Positions 25,066 to 42,489 of a stretch of 64,000 bases of DNA are shown here, in pieces (the first letter of the stretch is position 1; each line of letters begins with the position of its first letter). The position numbers and the translations under genes were made by a program. Origin of the DNA: Anaeramoeba ignava BMAN (Eukaryota > Protista > Anaeramoebae); the NCBI GenBank assembly GCA_028826165.1, contig JAPDFW010000011.1, positions 780,101 to 844,100 on the forward strand, given 5' to 3'. The notes under the pieces are model-generated. The model saw nothing but the letters and a program-made list of their open reading frames with translations, did no database searches and was not told the DNA's origin.

Positions 25066-28000
25066 ATGAAAAAAAGAAATCAAAAAGAAGAAAAAACAAA
25101 TAATGATATTGAACTTGAAACAGTTCCATTAATTGGGAAAAAAAACAAACCAACAAAAAATAAATTAACAACATTTGGTGGAGTTTACGCTCCAGTTTTA
25201 GAAAGTGTTGTGAGTTTGATTTTCTTTCTTAGATTTGGATGGGTTTTGGGTGAGGCTGGTTTGTTAGAAATGCTTGCTATGTTAGCACTTTCTTATATTG
25301 CTGTTGGATTTACTGTTTTATCAATTTCTGCAATTGCTACAAATGGAAGAATGGGTGTTGGTGGTGCTTATTGTAATTATTTATTTATTTCTTTAATTTT
25401 TGTTTTAAATTATTATTGGACTGAATTCCGAATTTAATAATATTTATATTTTAATAATTATTTTCTAATATTATTATTTCCTTTATTTTTTGATAAGAAC
25501 AAAATCAAAATCAAAATCAAAATTAAATTAAAATCAAAAATTAAAATTAAAATTATAAATAAGATATGGTAAGTAGATCTCTTGGTCCTGAATTTGGTGC
25601 TTCAGTTGGAATATTATTTTTCCTTGCAAATATTACAGCTTCTGCTTTTTATTGTCTTGGTTTTACTGAAGCATTTATAGATTTATTGGGATGGGATCAA
25701 TCAAATTCAAAATTAGTTTTATTAATTTCAAGTATTATTCTTTTTATGATTCTTTGTTTAACTTTAATTGGAGCAAGAATGTTTGCAAGAGCAACAATAT
25801 TTTTATTATTTCCTTTAACAATTTCAGTTTCAGTTGCGTTAATTAGTCTTTTTTTCAGAAAACCTCATTCTATCAGTGGTTATTCAGGTTGGAGTTTGGA
25901 AACATTTAAACATAATATTCTTCCAGATTACGTTCCAGATCCATTACATGTAATGAAAACTGTTAATTTTAGAACTGTATTTGGTGTTTTTTTCCCAGCT
26001 TTAACAGGTATTTAATTTATTTATTATTTATTTTAATATAAATTAAAATTAAAATTAAAATTAAAATTTTTAAAATTAATATCAAAAAGGAATATTAGCA
26101 GGAACAAATATGAGTGGAGATTTAAAAAATCCAGGAAAAAGTATTCCAAAAGGAACTTTATTAGCACTTTTAACAGCAGCAATACTTTATTCTACTGAAA
26201 TGTTAACATTAGCTTTCACTATTGAAAGATCAGAACTTCATCATAATTATTTCATTTTAAGTCATGATTGTTTGATTCCATATGTTGTAAGAATAGGAAT
26301 TCTCTCAGTTACATTTTCATCAGGACTTGGGGCTATAATTGGATCATCAAGAATTCTTCAATCACTTGCAGCAGATAATTTAATGCCAATTTTATCATTT
26401 TTCAAAAAAGGTTCAATCAAAGGAAATGAACCAAGAAGAGCTATAATTTTTGGATGGATTATTGCTCAATTATTGCTATTTATGGGGAATATTAATATCA
26501 TTGCACCTTATACTTCTCAATTTTTTCTTGCAACTTATGGAATTATTAATTTAGCTTGTTTTATAAATCGATCAATAGGTGTTCCAAATTTTAGACCAAT
26601 GTTTAAGAAATTTAATAGAATAACTGCATTGATTGGAACAATATCATGTTTTGCAGCAATGTTTTTTGTTGGATATATTACGTAATTCAAAAAATAAAAT
26701 AAAAATCAAATTAAAATTAAATCAAATCAAATTAAATCAAATCAAATTTAAATTAAATTAAATTAAATTAAATTAAATTAAATACAAATTAGATTAAATT
26801 AAATTAAAATTAAAATCAAATCAAATTAAATTAAAATCAAATCAAATTAAATTAAAATTAAATCAAATTAAATTAAATTAAATTAAAATACAAATTAGAG
26901 CTATTGTTGCATTTGTTGTTCTTGCATTAGTTATTATTTATATTAATTATAAAGGAAAACCATCACCTTGGGGATATATTTCTCAATCTTTAATATTTCA
27001 TCAAGTTAGGAAATATATGCTTAAAATGGATAAAAAAAAAGAACATATTAAATTTTGGAGACCTCAATTCCTTTTATTAATTGATCAACCTCATCTTCCA
27101 CTTCCTTTACTTGATTTCCTTAATAACCTTAAAAAAGGAGGTCTTTATATTATTGGAAATATTTTTCATAGCAATTTTAATGAAGATAAAACAATCCAAA
27201 ATTTGGAATCAAGAAAATCAGCTCTTTATGAAGTTATCAAATTAACCAAAATCAAAGCATTTCCTCAAGTTTTATTTTCTAAAACTTTTAGAAAAGGAGC
27301 ACAAAGTTTAATGCTTAGTTCAGGAATTGGAGAAATGAAACCAAATACAATAATACTTGATATTCCAAATTCTTCTACTTTGATTGAAGATATTAATTTA
27401 ATTGATACAAATGAAATTGATATAAATGATATTGAAAACAATCCTCAAAAAAGAAAAAACAAAAAAATCAAATCTAAAAATAAATCTATCAAAAAAAAAT
27501 TAACTAAAAAAGAAAAAAAACAAATTCATGTTCAATCTCAACTCGATAAGCTTATTGAAATATTTGAAACATCAAATGAAAAAAGAAAAGAAGATGAATC
27601 AATTAATTATTATTATTATTCAATGATTGATGCTAAAAAAATTGGAATGAATATTATTCTTACATCAAATTTCAACAAATTAGATAAAAATGAAATTGTT
27701 AAATTTTCGAAAAAGAAACAAGGCAAAAAAACAATTGATATTTGGTTATTAAATTTTCCACATTCAGGATTTTTCAATCAAATTTCCCAAAATTATGAAG
27801 AAGATGATGTTGATATTGTTAATAAAATAAGTGATTCAACATCAATTTCATTATTATTTGGATATATAATTCATCAAACAGATATTTGGAAAAAACATAC
27901 AACAATAAGATTATTAACATTTGCACAAAATGAAGGAATGAAATTAGAAACCAAAAAATTTTTAAAATATATTTTATTTTCATTAAGAATTGAAGCAAAA

Positions 28001-28558
28001 GTTAAAGTTATTATTCCAGAAAATGAAATGAATAATTTCTTTTCAGAAGATGAACAAAGTGAAGGAAACAACAATGAAAACCATAACAATAATAATAACA
28101 ATAACAATAACAATAATAATAACAATAATAACAATAATAACAATAATAATAACAATAAAGAAAACAATCAAAATCAAAATGAAAATCAAAATCAAAATGA
28201 AAATCAAAATCAAATTCAAAATCAAAATCAAAATCAAAATGAAAATCAAAATCAAAATCAAAATCAAAATCAAAATCAAAATCAAAATCAAATTCAAAAT
28301 CAAACAAGATATAAATATGGGAATGAATATGAATATAAATATGAAATTAAAAAGAAAGATGAAATTTTACAAGAAAACTTAAGTAATGAAAAAATTAATG
28401 AATTAATTTTAGAAGAAAGTCAAGGAGCTTGTTTGATATTTATTCCTTTAGAAGAAATTATACCAGAAATTATCAAAGAAGTTCAAACAATATCAAATAA
28501 TCTTCCTCCAATTACTTTCTTTCATGCTTCAACAAAAGTTGTTACAAATGAAATTTAA
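25066..28558 (+). CDS. SLC12A9/Vhc1-like cation-chloride cotransporter, copy 2; exons 25066-25372, 25564-26007, 26090-26681, 26899-28558
   Basis: Same motifs and the same three intron positions as copy 1. The reading frame is intact. Confidence 0.93.
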
Positions 28559-29155
28559 AAATCATCAATAACAAAAACAACATCACCTCTTTTTTTTTTA
28601 CTAAAAATTAAATTAGGGTTTTTTTTCAATTTGGATTTTCTTTTTAGTTTTTTTCGATTTTTTTTTTTGATTAGAAAAATTTTCTTCTTTTTTTCTTTTT
28701 CTAATTAAATAATCGATAAAACTCAATAATAACAAAATTACATTCTTTCTCTTTTTGTATTCTTATATTCGTCATTCTTTCTTTTTGTTTAATTTAATAA
28801 ATATAAATCTTGAAATTATTGAGATATTTTGAGGAAGTAATTTTTCTGTTTGTTTGATTTTTGCTTATCAAAAAAAAAATCATTTTTTTCATTCTTCTCT
28901 TTCTTTCTCTTTTCCTCACAAAACAAAAACAAACATAAAAAATAATCAATATGAAATCGAGAAAGTGAATAAGCATCAATAATAATAATAATGTTGATAT
29001 TGTTGTTTTTAAAAGAAATTTTTTAAAATCAAATCTTTTTTTAAAAACAAACCAAAAAAAAAAAACAATCAACGATCTCAAAAATTAGGGAAAAAAAAAA
29101 ATTAAATAAAAAAAAAGAAAAAAAAAAGAAAAAACAAAAATCATTTTTCAAATCA

Positions 29156-32100
29156 ATGAAAAAAAGAAATCAAAAAGAAGAAAAAACAAATAATGATATT
29201 GAACTTGAAACAGTTCCATTAATTGGGAAAAAAAACAAACCAACAAAAAATAAATTAACAACATTTGGTGGAGTTTACGCTCCAGTTTTAGAAAGTATTG
29301 TGAGTGTGATTTATTTTCTTAGATTTGGATGGGTTTTGGGTGAAGTTGGTTTGTTAGAAATGTTTGCTATGTTAGCACTTGCTTATATTGTTGTTGGATT
29401 TACTGTTTTATCAATTTCTGCAATTGCTACAAATGGAAGAATGGGTGTTGGTGGTGCTTATTGTAATTATTTATTTATTTTTTAATATTTTTTGTTTTAA
29501 ATTATTGTTGGACTGAATTCCGAATTTAATAATATTTATATTTTAATAATTATTTTCTAATATTATTATTTCCTTTATTTTTTGATAAGAACAAATTCAA
29601 AATCAAATTCAAAATCAAATTCAAATTCAAATTCAAAATCAAATTCAAATTCAAAATTAAAATTAAAATCAAATTCAAATTTAAAATCAAAATCAAATTC
29701 AAAATTAAAATCAAAATCAAATTCAAAATTAAAATCAAATTCAAAATCAAAATTCAAATTAAAATTCAAATTTAAAATTAAATTCAAAATTAAAATCAAA
29801 ATCAAAATCAAAATCAAAATCAAATTCAAAATCAAAATCAAAATCAAATTAAAATCAAAATCAAAATTAAAATCAAAATTAAAATTCAAATTTAAAATCA
29901 AATTCAAATTTAAAATCAAATTCAAATTCAAATTCAAATTTAAAATCAAATTGAAAATCAAAATTAGAATTCATTTATAAAATTAAAATCAAAATTAAAA
30001 TCAAAATTAAAATCAAAATCAAATTCAAAATTCAAAATCAAAATCAAAATCAAAATCAAAATTAAAATCAAAATTAAAATCAAAAATTAAAATTTAATTT
30101 ATAAATAAGATATGGTAAGTAGATCTCTTGGTCCTGAATTTGGTGCTTCAGTTGGGATATTATTTTTCCTTGCAAATATTACAGCTTCTGCTTTTTATTG
30201 TCTTGGTTTTACTGAAGCATTTATAGATTTATTGGGATGGGATCAATCAAATTCAAAATTAGTTTTATTAATTTCAAGTATTATTCTTTTTATGAATCTC
30301 TGTTTAACTTTAATTGGAGCAAGAATGTTTTCAAGAGCAACAATATTTTTATTATTTCCTTTAACAATTTCAGTTTCAGTTTCATTAATTAGTCTTTTTT
30401 TCAGAAAACCTCATTCTATTCGTGGTTATTCAGGTTGGAGTTTGGAAACATTTAAACATAATATTCTTCCAGATTATGTTCCAGATCCATTACATGTAAT
30501 GAAAACTGTTAATTTTAGAACTGTATTTGGAATTTTTTTCCCAGCTTTAACAGGTATTTATTTATTTATTGATTATTTATTTTAATATAAATTAAAATTA
30601 AAATTAAAATTAAATTAAAATTAATATTAAAAGGAATATTAGCAGGAACAAATATGAGTGGAGATTTAAAAAATCCAGGAAAAAGTATTCCAAAAGGAAC
30701 TTTATTAGCACTTTTAACAGCAGCAATACTTTATTCTATTGAAATTCTAACATTAGCTTTCACTATTGAAAGATCAGAACTTCAACATTACTATTTCATT
30801 TTAAGTTCTGTTTGTTTGATTCCATATGTTGTAAGAATAGGAATTCTCTCAGTTACATTTTCATCAGCATTTGGAGCATTAATTGGATCATCAAGAATTC
30901 TTCAATCACTTGCAGCAGATAATTTAATGCCAATTTTATCATTTTTCAAAAAAGGTTCAATCAAAGGAAATGAACCAAGAAGAGCTATAATTTTTGGATG
31001 GATTGTGGCGCAGTTATTGTTATTAATGGGGAATATTAATATTATTGCACCTTATACTTCTCAATTTTTCCTTGCAACTTATGGAATTATTAATTTAGCT
31101 TGTTTTATAAATCGATTAATAGGTGTTCCAAATTTTAGACCAATGTTTAAGAAATTTAATAGAATAACTGCATTGATTGGAACAATATCATGTTTTGCAG
31201 CAATGTTTTTTGTTGGATATATTACGTAATTCAAAAAATAAAATAAAAATCAAATTAAAATTAAATTAAATTAAAATAAAATTAAATTAAATCAAATTAA
31301 AATCAAATCAAATTAAATTAAATTAAATTAAATTAAATCAAATCAAATTAAATTAAATTAAATTAAATTAAATACAAATTAGAGCTATTGTTGCATTTGT
31401 TGTTCTTGCATTAGTTATTATTTATATTAATTATAAAGGAAAACCATCACCTTGGGGATATATTTCTCAATCTTTAATATTTCATCAAGTTAGGAAATAT
31501 ATGCTTAAAATGGATAAAAAAAAAGAACATATTAAATTTTGGAGACCTCAATTCCTTTTATTAATTGATCAACCTCATCTTCCACTTCCTTTACTTGATT
31601 TTATAAATAACCTTAAAAAAGGAGGTCTTTATATTATTGGAAATATTTTTCATAGCAATTTTAATGAAGATAAAACAATCCAAAATTTGGAATCAAGAAA
31701 ATCAGCTCTTTATGAAGTTATCAAATTAACCAAAATCAAAGCATTTCCTCAAGTTTTATTTTCTAAAACTTTTAGAAAAGGAGCACAAAGTTTAATGCTT
31801 AGTTCAGGAATTGGAGAAATGAAACCCAATACAATAATACTTGATATTCCAAATTCTTCTACTTTGATTGAAGATATCAATTTAATTGATACAAATGAAA
31901 TTGATATAAATGATATTGAAAACAATCCTCAAAAAAGAAAAACAAAAGAAATCAAATCTAAAAATAAATCTATCAAAAAAAAATTAACTAAAAAAGAAAA
32001 AAAACAAATTCATGTTCAATCTCAACTCGGTAAATTCATTGAAATATTTGAAACATCAAATGAAAAAAGAAAAGAAGATGAATCTGTTAATTATTATTAT

Positions 32101-33063
32101 TATTCAATGATTGATGCTAAAAAAATTGGAATGAATATTATTCTTACATCAAATTTTAACAAATTAGATAAAAATGAAATTGTTAAATTTTCGAAAAAGA
32201 AACAAGGCAAAAAAACAATTGATATTTGGTTATTAAATTTCCCTTATTCAGGATTTTTCAATTCAATTTCCCAAAATTATGAAGAAGATGATGTTGATAT
32301 TGTTAATAAAATAAGTGATTCAACATCAATTTCATTATTATTTGGATATATAATTCATCAAACAGATATTTGGAAAAAACACACAACAATAAGATTATTA
32401 ACATTTGCACAAAATGAAGGAATGAAATTAGAAACCAAAAAATTTTTAAAATTTATTTTATTTTCATTAAGAATTGAAGCAAAAGTTAAAGTTATTATTC
32501 CAGAAAATGAAATGAATAATTTCTTTTCAGAAGATGAACAAAGTGAAGGAAACAACAATGAAAACAATAACAACAATGAAAACAATAACAATAACAATAA
32601 TAATAACAATAATAACAATAACAATAAAGAAAACAATCAAATTCAAAATCAAAATCAAAATCAAAATCAAAATCAAAATGAAAATGAAAATCAAAATCAA
32701 AATGAAAATCAAAATGAAAATCAAATTCAAATTCAAAATCAAAATCAAAATCAAAATCAAAATCAAAATCAAAATCAAAATCAAAATCAAAATCAAAATC
32801 AAAATCAAACAAGATATAAATATGGGAATGAATATGAATATAAATATGAAATTAAAAAGAAAGATGAAATTTTACAAGAAAACTTAAGTAATGAAAAAAT
32901 TAATGAATTAATTTTAGAAGAAAGTCAAGGAGCTTGTTTGATATTTATTCCTTTAGAAGAAATTATACCAGAAATTATCAAAGAAGTTCAAACAATATCA
33001 AATAATCTTCCTCCAATTACTTTCTTTCATTCTTCAACAAAAGTTGTTACAAATGAAATTTAA
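29156..33063 (+). CDS. SLC12A9/Vhc1-like cation-chloride cotransporter, copy 3; exons 29156-29462, 30110-30553, 30634-31225, 31383-33063
   Basis: Near-identical to copy 2 and intact. Confidence 0.93.
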
Positions 33064-33729
33064 GGGTAATCATTAATCATTAATCATCGATAACAAAAAC
33101 AAGAAAAGAAAGAAAAGAAACTTTTTTAAATCTTTTTTTTTATTTAGTTTTTACCAATCCAAACTTTTTTTTAAAGATTGGTTTCAAATAAATAAATTAA
33201 TTAACAAACAAATTAAAATTTAATTTTTTTTAATTGATTTTTCTTATTATGTTTTTTTTTATTATTTTTTTACAATTAATTTATTTGAATTTTTTTCTTT
33301 TTTTTTTGTATTCGTCATTCTTTCTTTTTATTCAATTTAATAAATATAAATCTTGAAATTATTGAGATGATATTTTGGGATTTTTTTTCTTTATTTTGTA
33401 ACAAAAAAAAATTAAAAAAAAACTCAAATGAACTAAATTTCCTTTTTTTTTTTTTCTTATTTTTCTTATTTTTCTTTTTCTTTCTTTTTCTAATTTATAA
33501 TTTATAATTGATTATTTATATGATTTTAAATTATAAAGAAAACCAAAAAATAAATCAATGATTAAAAATCGATTAAAATAGTGATTAAAAGTTACTATTT
33601 TATATTTTCGGGACAAACAACCAAAAAGCAATTTTTTAATAAATTAATTAAGAAATCTAGTCATTTCATTTCCTTAAAAAAATTTGAAAATAGACTTAAA
33701 GTTGTTGTTATCAAAATTAATTATACAAT

Positions 33730-35670
33730 TAAATTGAATTATTTTCATTTGAATTATTAAACTGAATTATTTTATTTGAATTATTTTATTTGAATTATTT
33801 TAATTAAATTATTTTTAATTGAATTATTTTAATTGAATTATTTTATTTGAATTATTTTATTTGAATTATTTTAATTGAATTATTTTAATTGAATTATTTT
33901 AATTGAATTATTTAAATTGAATTATTTAAATTGAATTATTTTAATTGAATTATTTTAATTGAATTATTTTAATTGAATTATTTAAATTGAATTATTTTAT
34001 TTGAATTATTTAATTTGAATTATTTTATTTGAATTATTTTTAATTGAATTATTTTAATTGAATTATTTTTAATTGAATTATTTTTATTTGAATTATTTAA
34101 ATTGAATTATTTTATTTGAATTATTTTAATTGAATTATTTTAATTGATTTATTTTAATTGAATTATTTTTAATTGAATTATTTTAATTAAATTATTTAAA
34201 TTGAATTATTTTTATTTGAATTATTTTAATTGAATTATTTTTAATTAAATTATTTTAATTGATTTATTTAAATTGAATTATTTTTATTTGAATTATTTTA
34301 ATTGAATTATTTTTATTTGAATTATTTTATTTGAATTATTTTATTTGAATTATTTTTAATTTAAATTATTTTATTTGAATTATTTAATTTGAATTATTTT
34401 AATTGAATTATTTTAATTTGAATTATTTTTATTGAATTATTTTATTTGAATTATTTTAATTGAATTATTTTATTTTGAATTATTTTAATTGAATTATTTT
34501 AATTGAATTATTTTAATTGAATTATTTTAATTGAATTATTTTTATTGAATTATTTTATTTGAATTATTTTATTTGAATTATTTTAAATTGATTTATTTTA
34601 ATTGAATTAATTTAATTGAATTATTTTTAATTGAATTATTTTAATTGAATTAATTTAATTAATTATTTTTATTTGAATTATTTTATTTGAATTATTTTAA
34701 TTGAATTATTTTTAATTGAATTATTTTAATTGAATTAATTTAATTGAATTATTTTAATTGGATTATTTTTAATTGAATTATTTTAATTGAATTATTTTAA
34801 TTGAATTATTTTAATTGAATTATTTTAATTGAATTAATTTAATTGAATTATTTTAATTTGAATTATTTTTAATTGAATTATTTTTATTGAATTATTTTTA
34901 TTGAATTATTTTAATTGAATTATTTAAATTGAATTATTTTAATTGAATTATTTTAATTGAATTATTTTAATTGAATTATTTTAATTGAATTAATTTAATT
35001 GAATTATTTAAATTGAATTATTTTAATTGAATTAATTTAATTGAATTATTTTAATTGAATTATTTTAATTGAATTAATTTAATTGAATTATTTAAATTGA
35101 ATTATTTAAATTGAATTATTTTAATTGAATTATTTTATTTTGAATTATTTTAATTGAATTATTTAATTTGAATTAATTTAATTGAATTATTTTAAATTGA
35201 ATTATTTTAATTGAATTATTTTAATTGAATTATTTTTAATTGAATTATTTTAATTGAATTATTTTTATTTTAAATTATTAAACTGAATTATTTAAATTGA
35301 ATTATTTTAATTGATTTATTTTATTTGAATTATTTTAAATTGAATTATTTTAATTAAATTATTTTATTTGAATTATTTAAATTGAATTATTTTAATTGAA
35401 TTATTTTAATTGAATTATTTTAATTAAATTATTTTTAATTGAATTAATTTAATTGAATTATTTTATTTGAATTATTTAAATTGAATTATTAAATTGAATT
35501 AATTTAATTGAATTATTTTAATTGAATTATTTAAATTGAATTATTTAATTGAATTATTTTAAATTGAATTATTTTAATTGAATTAATTTAATTGATTTAT
35601 TTAAATTGAATTATTTAAATTGAATTATTTTAATTGAATTATTTTAATTGAATTATTTTAATTGGATTAT
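33730..35670. repeat. Intergenic ~14-bp minisatellite AATTGAATTATTTT
   Basis: About 1.9 kb of tandem copies between SLC12 copies 3 and 4. Confidence 0.95.
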
Positions 35671-35988
35671 TTATTAGGTTATTGATTGCAAAAAATAGAT
35701 AAAACTTAATTTGATTAATTGAAAGAATTTTAGAGAAATAATTCAATGGAAAGAGATAAACAAAACACAAACAAAATGGATGATAAAATCAAATGAAAAT
35801 TTTAATCAAAAATTTATGATCTAAAAAATTAGGGAAAGAAAGAAAGAAAGAAAAAAATTTTTTTTCTTTTCCTTTATTCTTTTTAAATTAATTAACAAAT
35901 TAATTTATTGACAACAAAAACATTTCAAGAAAATTTAAAACTCAAAAAAGAAAAAAAAAAGAAAAAACAAAAATCATTTTTCAAATCA

Positions 35989-40128
<4,140 letters not shown>

Positions 40129-40270
40129 AAATAATCAACAGAAAAAAAACAAAAACAAGAAAACAAAGAAAACATTTTTTTTTTCAAAATTTTCATTTTT
40201 TTTCTTCTTCTTTTTCTTTTTTTAGTTTATAATTTTTTTTTTCTTTTCCAAATTAGAAAAATTTTCAATA

Positions 40271-41833
40271 ATGAAGAAGCAAAAAAAACAAAATTATTTT
40301 ACTACATCAATAAAAATAATTGAAAAACCAAAAGAAATTACAACAAATCAAAATAATTTAATAACAATAAATAAATTAACAACATTTAATGGAGTTTATT
40401 CACCAGTTTTAGAGAGTATTATAAATTTAGTTGTATTTCTTAGATTTGGATGGATTTTGGGTGAATCTGGATATTTAGAAATGATTACTATGTATATTTT
40501 AGCATTTCTTATTATAACATTAACTGTTTTATCAATTTCTGCAATTGCTACAAATGGAAGAATGGGTGTTGGTGGTGCTTATTGTAATTATTTAATTATT
40601 TATTTTTTAAAATTTTTTATACGAGTTGTTGAATAAAAATTCAATTTGAAATTTAAATTCAAAATCAAATTTAAAATTAAAATTAAAATTAAAATTCAAA
40701 ATCAAAATCAAAATCAAAATCAAAATCAAAATCCAAATTAAAATCAAAATTAAAATTAAAATCAAAATCAAAATCAATTCAAAATTAAAATTAAAATTAA
40801 AATCAAAATTAAAATCAAAATCAAAATCAAAATCAAAATCAAAATCAAAATCAAAATCAAAATCAAAATCAAAATAATTAAAATAAAAATCAAAATCAAA
40901 ATTAAAATCAAAATCAAAATTAAAATCAAAATCAAAATTAAAATTAAAATCAAAATTAAAATTAAAATCAAATTTAAAATTAAAATTAAAATTAAAACTA
41001 AAAATCAAAATTAAAATCAAAATCAAAATCAAAATCAAAATTAAAAAAAAATTAAAATCAAAATATCAAAATTAAAATTTAAAAACAAAAATTGATTTCA
41101 AAAATTAAGTCTTTTCTTCATGTTAATTTATTCAGGTTTAAAAAACATAAATTCAAAATCAAAATCAAAATTAAAATTAAAATCAAAATTAAAATCAAAA
41201 TCAAAATCAAAATTAAAATTAAAATCAAAATCAAAATCAAAATCAAAATTAAAATTAAAATTAATAAAAATTAAAATTAAAATCAAAATCAAAATCAAAA
41301 TTAAAATCAAAATCAAAATCAAAATCAAAATCAAAATCAAAATCAAAATTAAAATTAAAATAATATAAATAAGATATGATAAGTAGATCTCTTGGTCCTG
41401 AATTTGGAGGTGCAGTTGGAATTATCTATTTTGTTGCAAATATTACAGCTTGTGCTTTGCATATACTTGGCTTTACTGAAGTTTTTATGGATTTATTTGG
41501 ATGGGATCAATCCAATTCAAAACTTGTTTTATTAATTTCAAGTGTAACTCTTTTTATTGAATTATGTTTAAGTTTAATTGGAGCAAGAATGTTTTCAAAA
41601 GCAACAATATTTTTATTATTTCCTTTAACAATTTCAATGTTGATTTCATTAATTAGTCTTTTCTTCAGAAAACCACATTCTGTTCATGGTTATTCAGGTT
41701 GGAGTTTTAATAATTTTAAACATAATATTCTTCCAGATTATGTTCCAGATCCATTACATGTAATGAAAACAATTGATTTTAGAACTGTATTTGGAATTTT
41801 TTTCCCAGCTTTAACAGGTATTTATTGATTTAT

Positions 41834-41870
<37 letters not shown>

Positions 41871-41972
41871 TATTTATTTATTTATTTATTGATTTATTTA
41901 TTGATTTATTTATTGATTGATTGACTTATTGATTGATTGATTGATTTATTGATTGATTTATTTATTTATTTG

Positions 41973-42003
<31 letters not shown>

Positions 42004-42458
42004 TATTTATTTATTGATTTATTTATTGATTTATTGATTTATTGATTTATTTATTTATTGATTGATTTGATTGATTGATTGATTGATTTATTTATTTATT
42101 TATTTTGATTTATTTGATTTATTTTTATTTATTTGATTTATTTATTTTTATTTATTTATTTATTGATTTATTGATTTATTGATTGATTTATTGATTGATT
42201 TATTTATTTATTTATTGATTTATTGATTTATTGATCGATTTATTTATTTATTTATTAATTGATTTATTTATTTATTTATTGATTGATTTATTTATTAATT
42301 TATTGATTTATTTATTTATTTATTGATTTATTTATTTATTGATTTATTGATTTATTTATTTATTGATTTATTTATTTATTAATTTATTTATTTATTGATT
42401 GATTTATTTATTTATTTGATTTATTTATTGATTTATTGATTAATTTATTTATTGATTT

Positions 42459-42489
<31 letters not shown>

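Noticed and set aside
33730-35670. Possible CRISPR array, telomeric or centromeric repeat
   Set aside because: There are no unique spacers or cas genes, the context is eukaryotic, the unit is not G-rich telomere-like, and it resembles the other local AT arrays.
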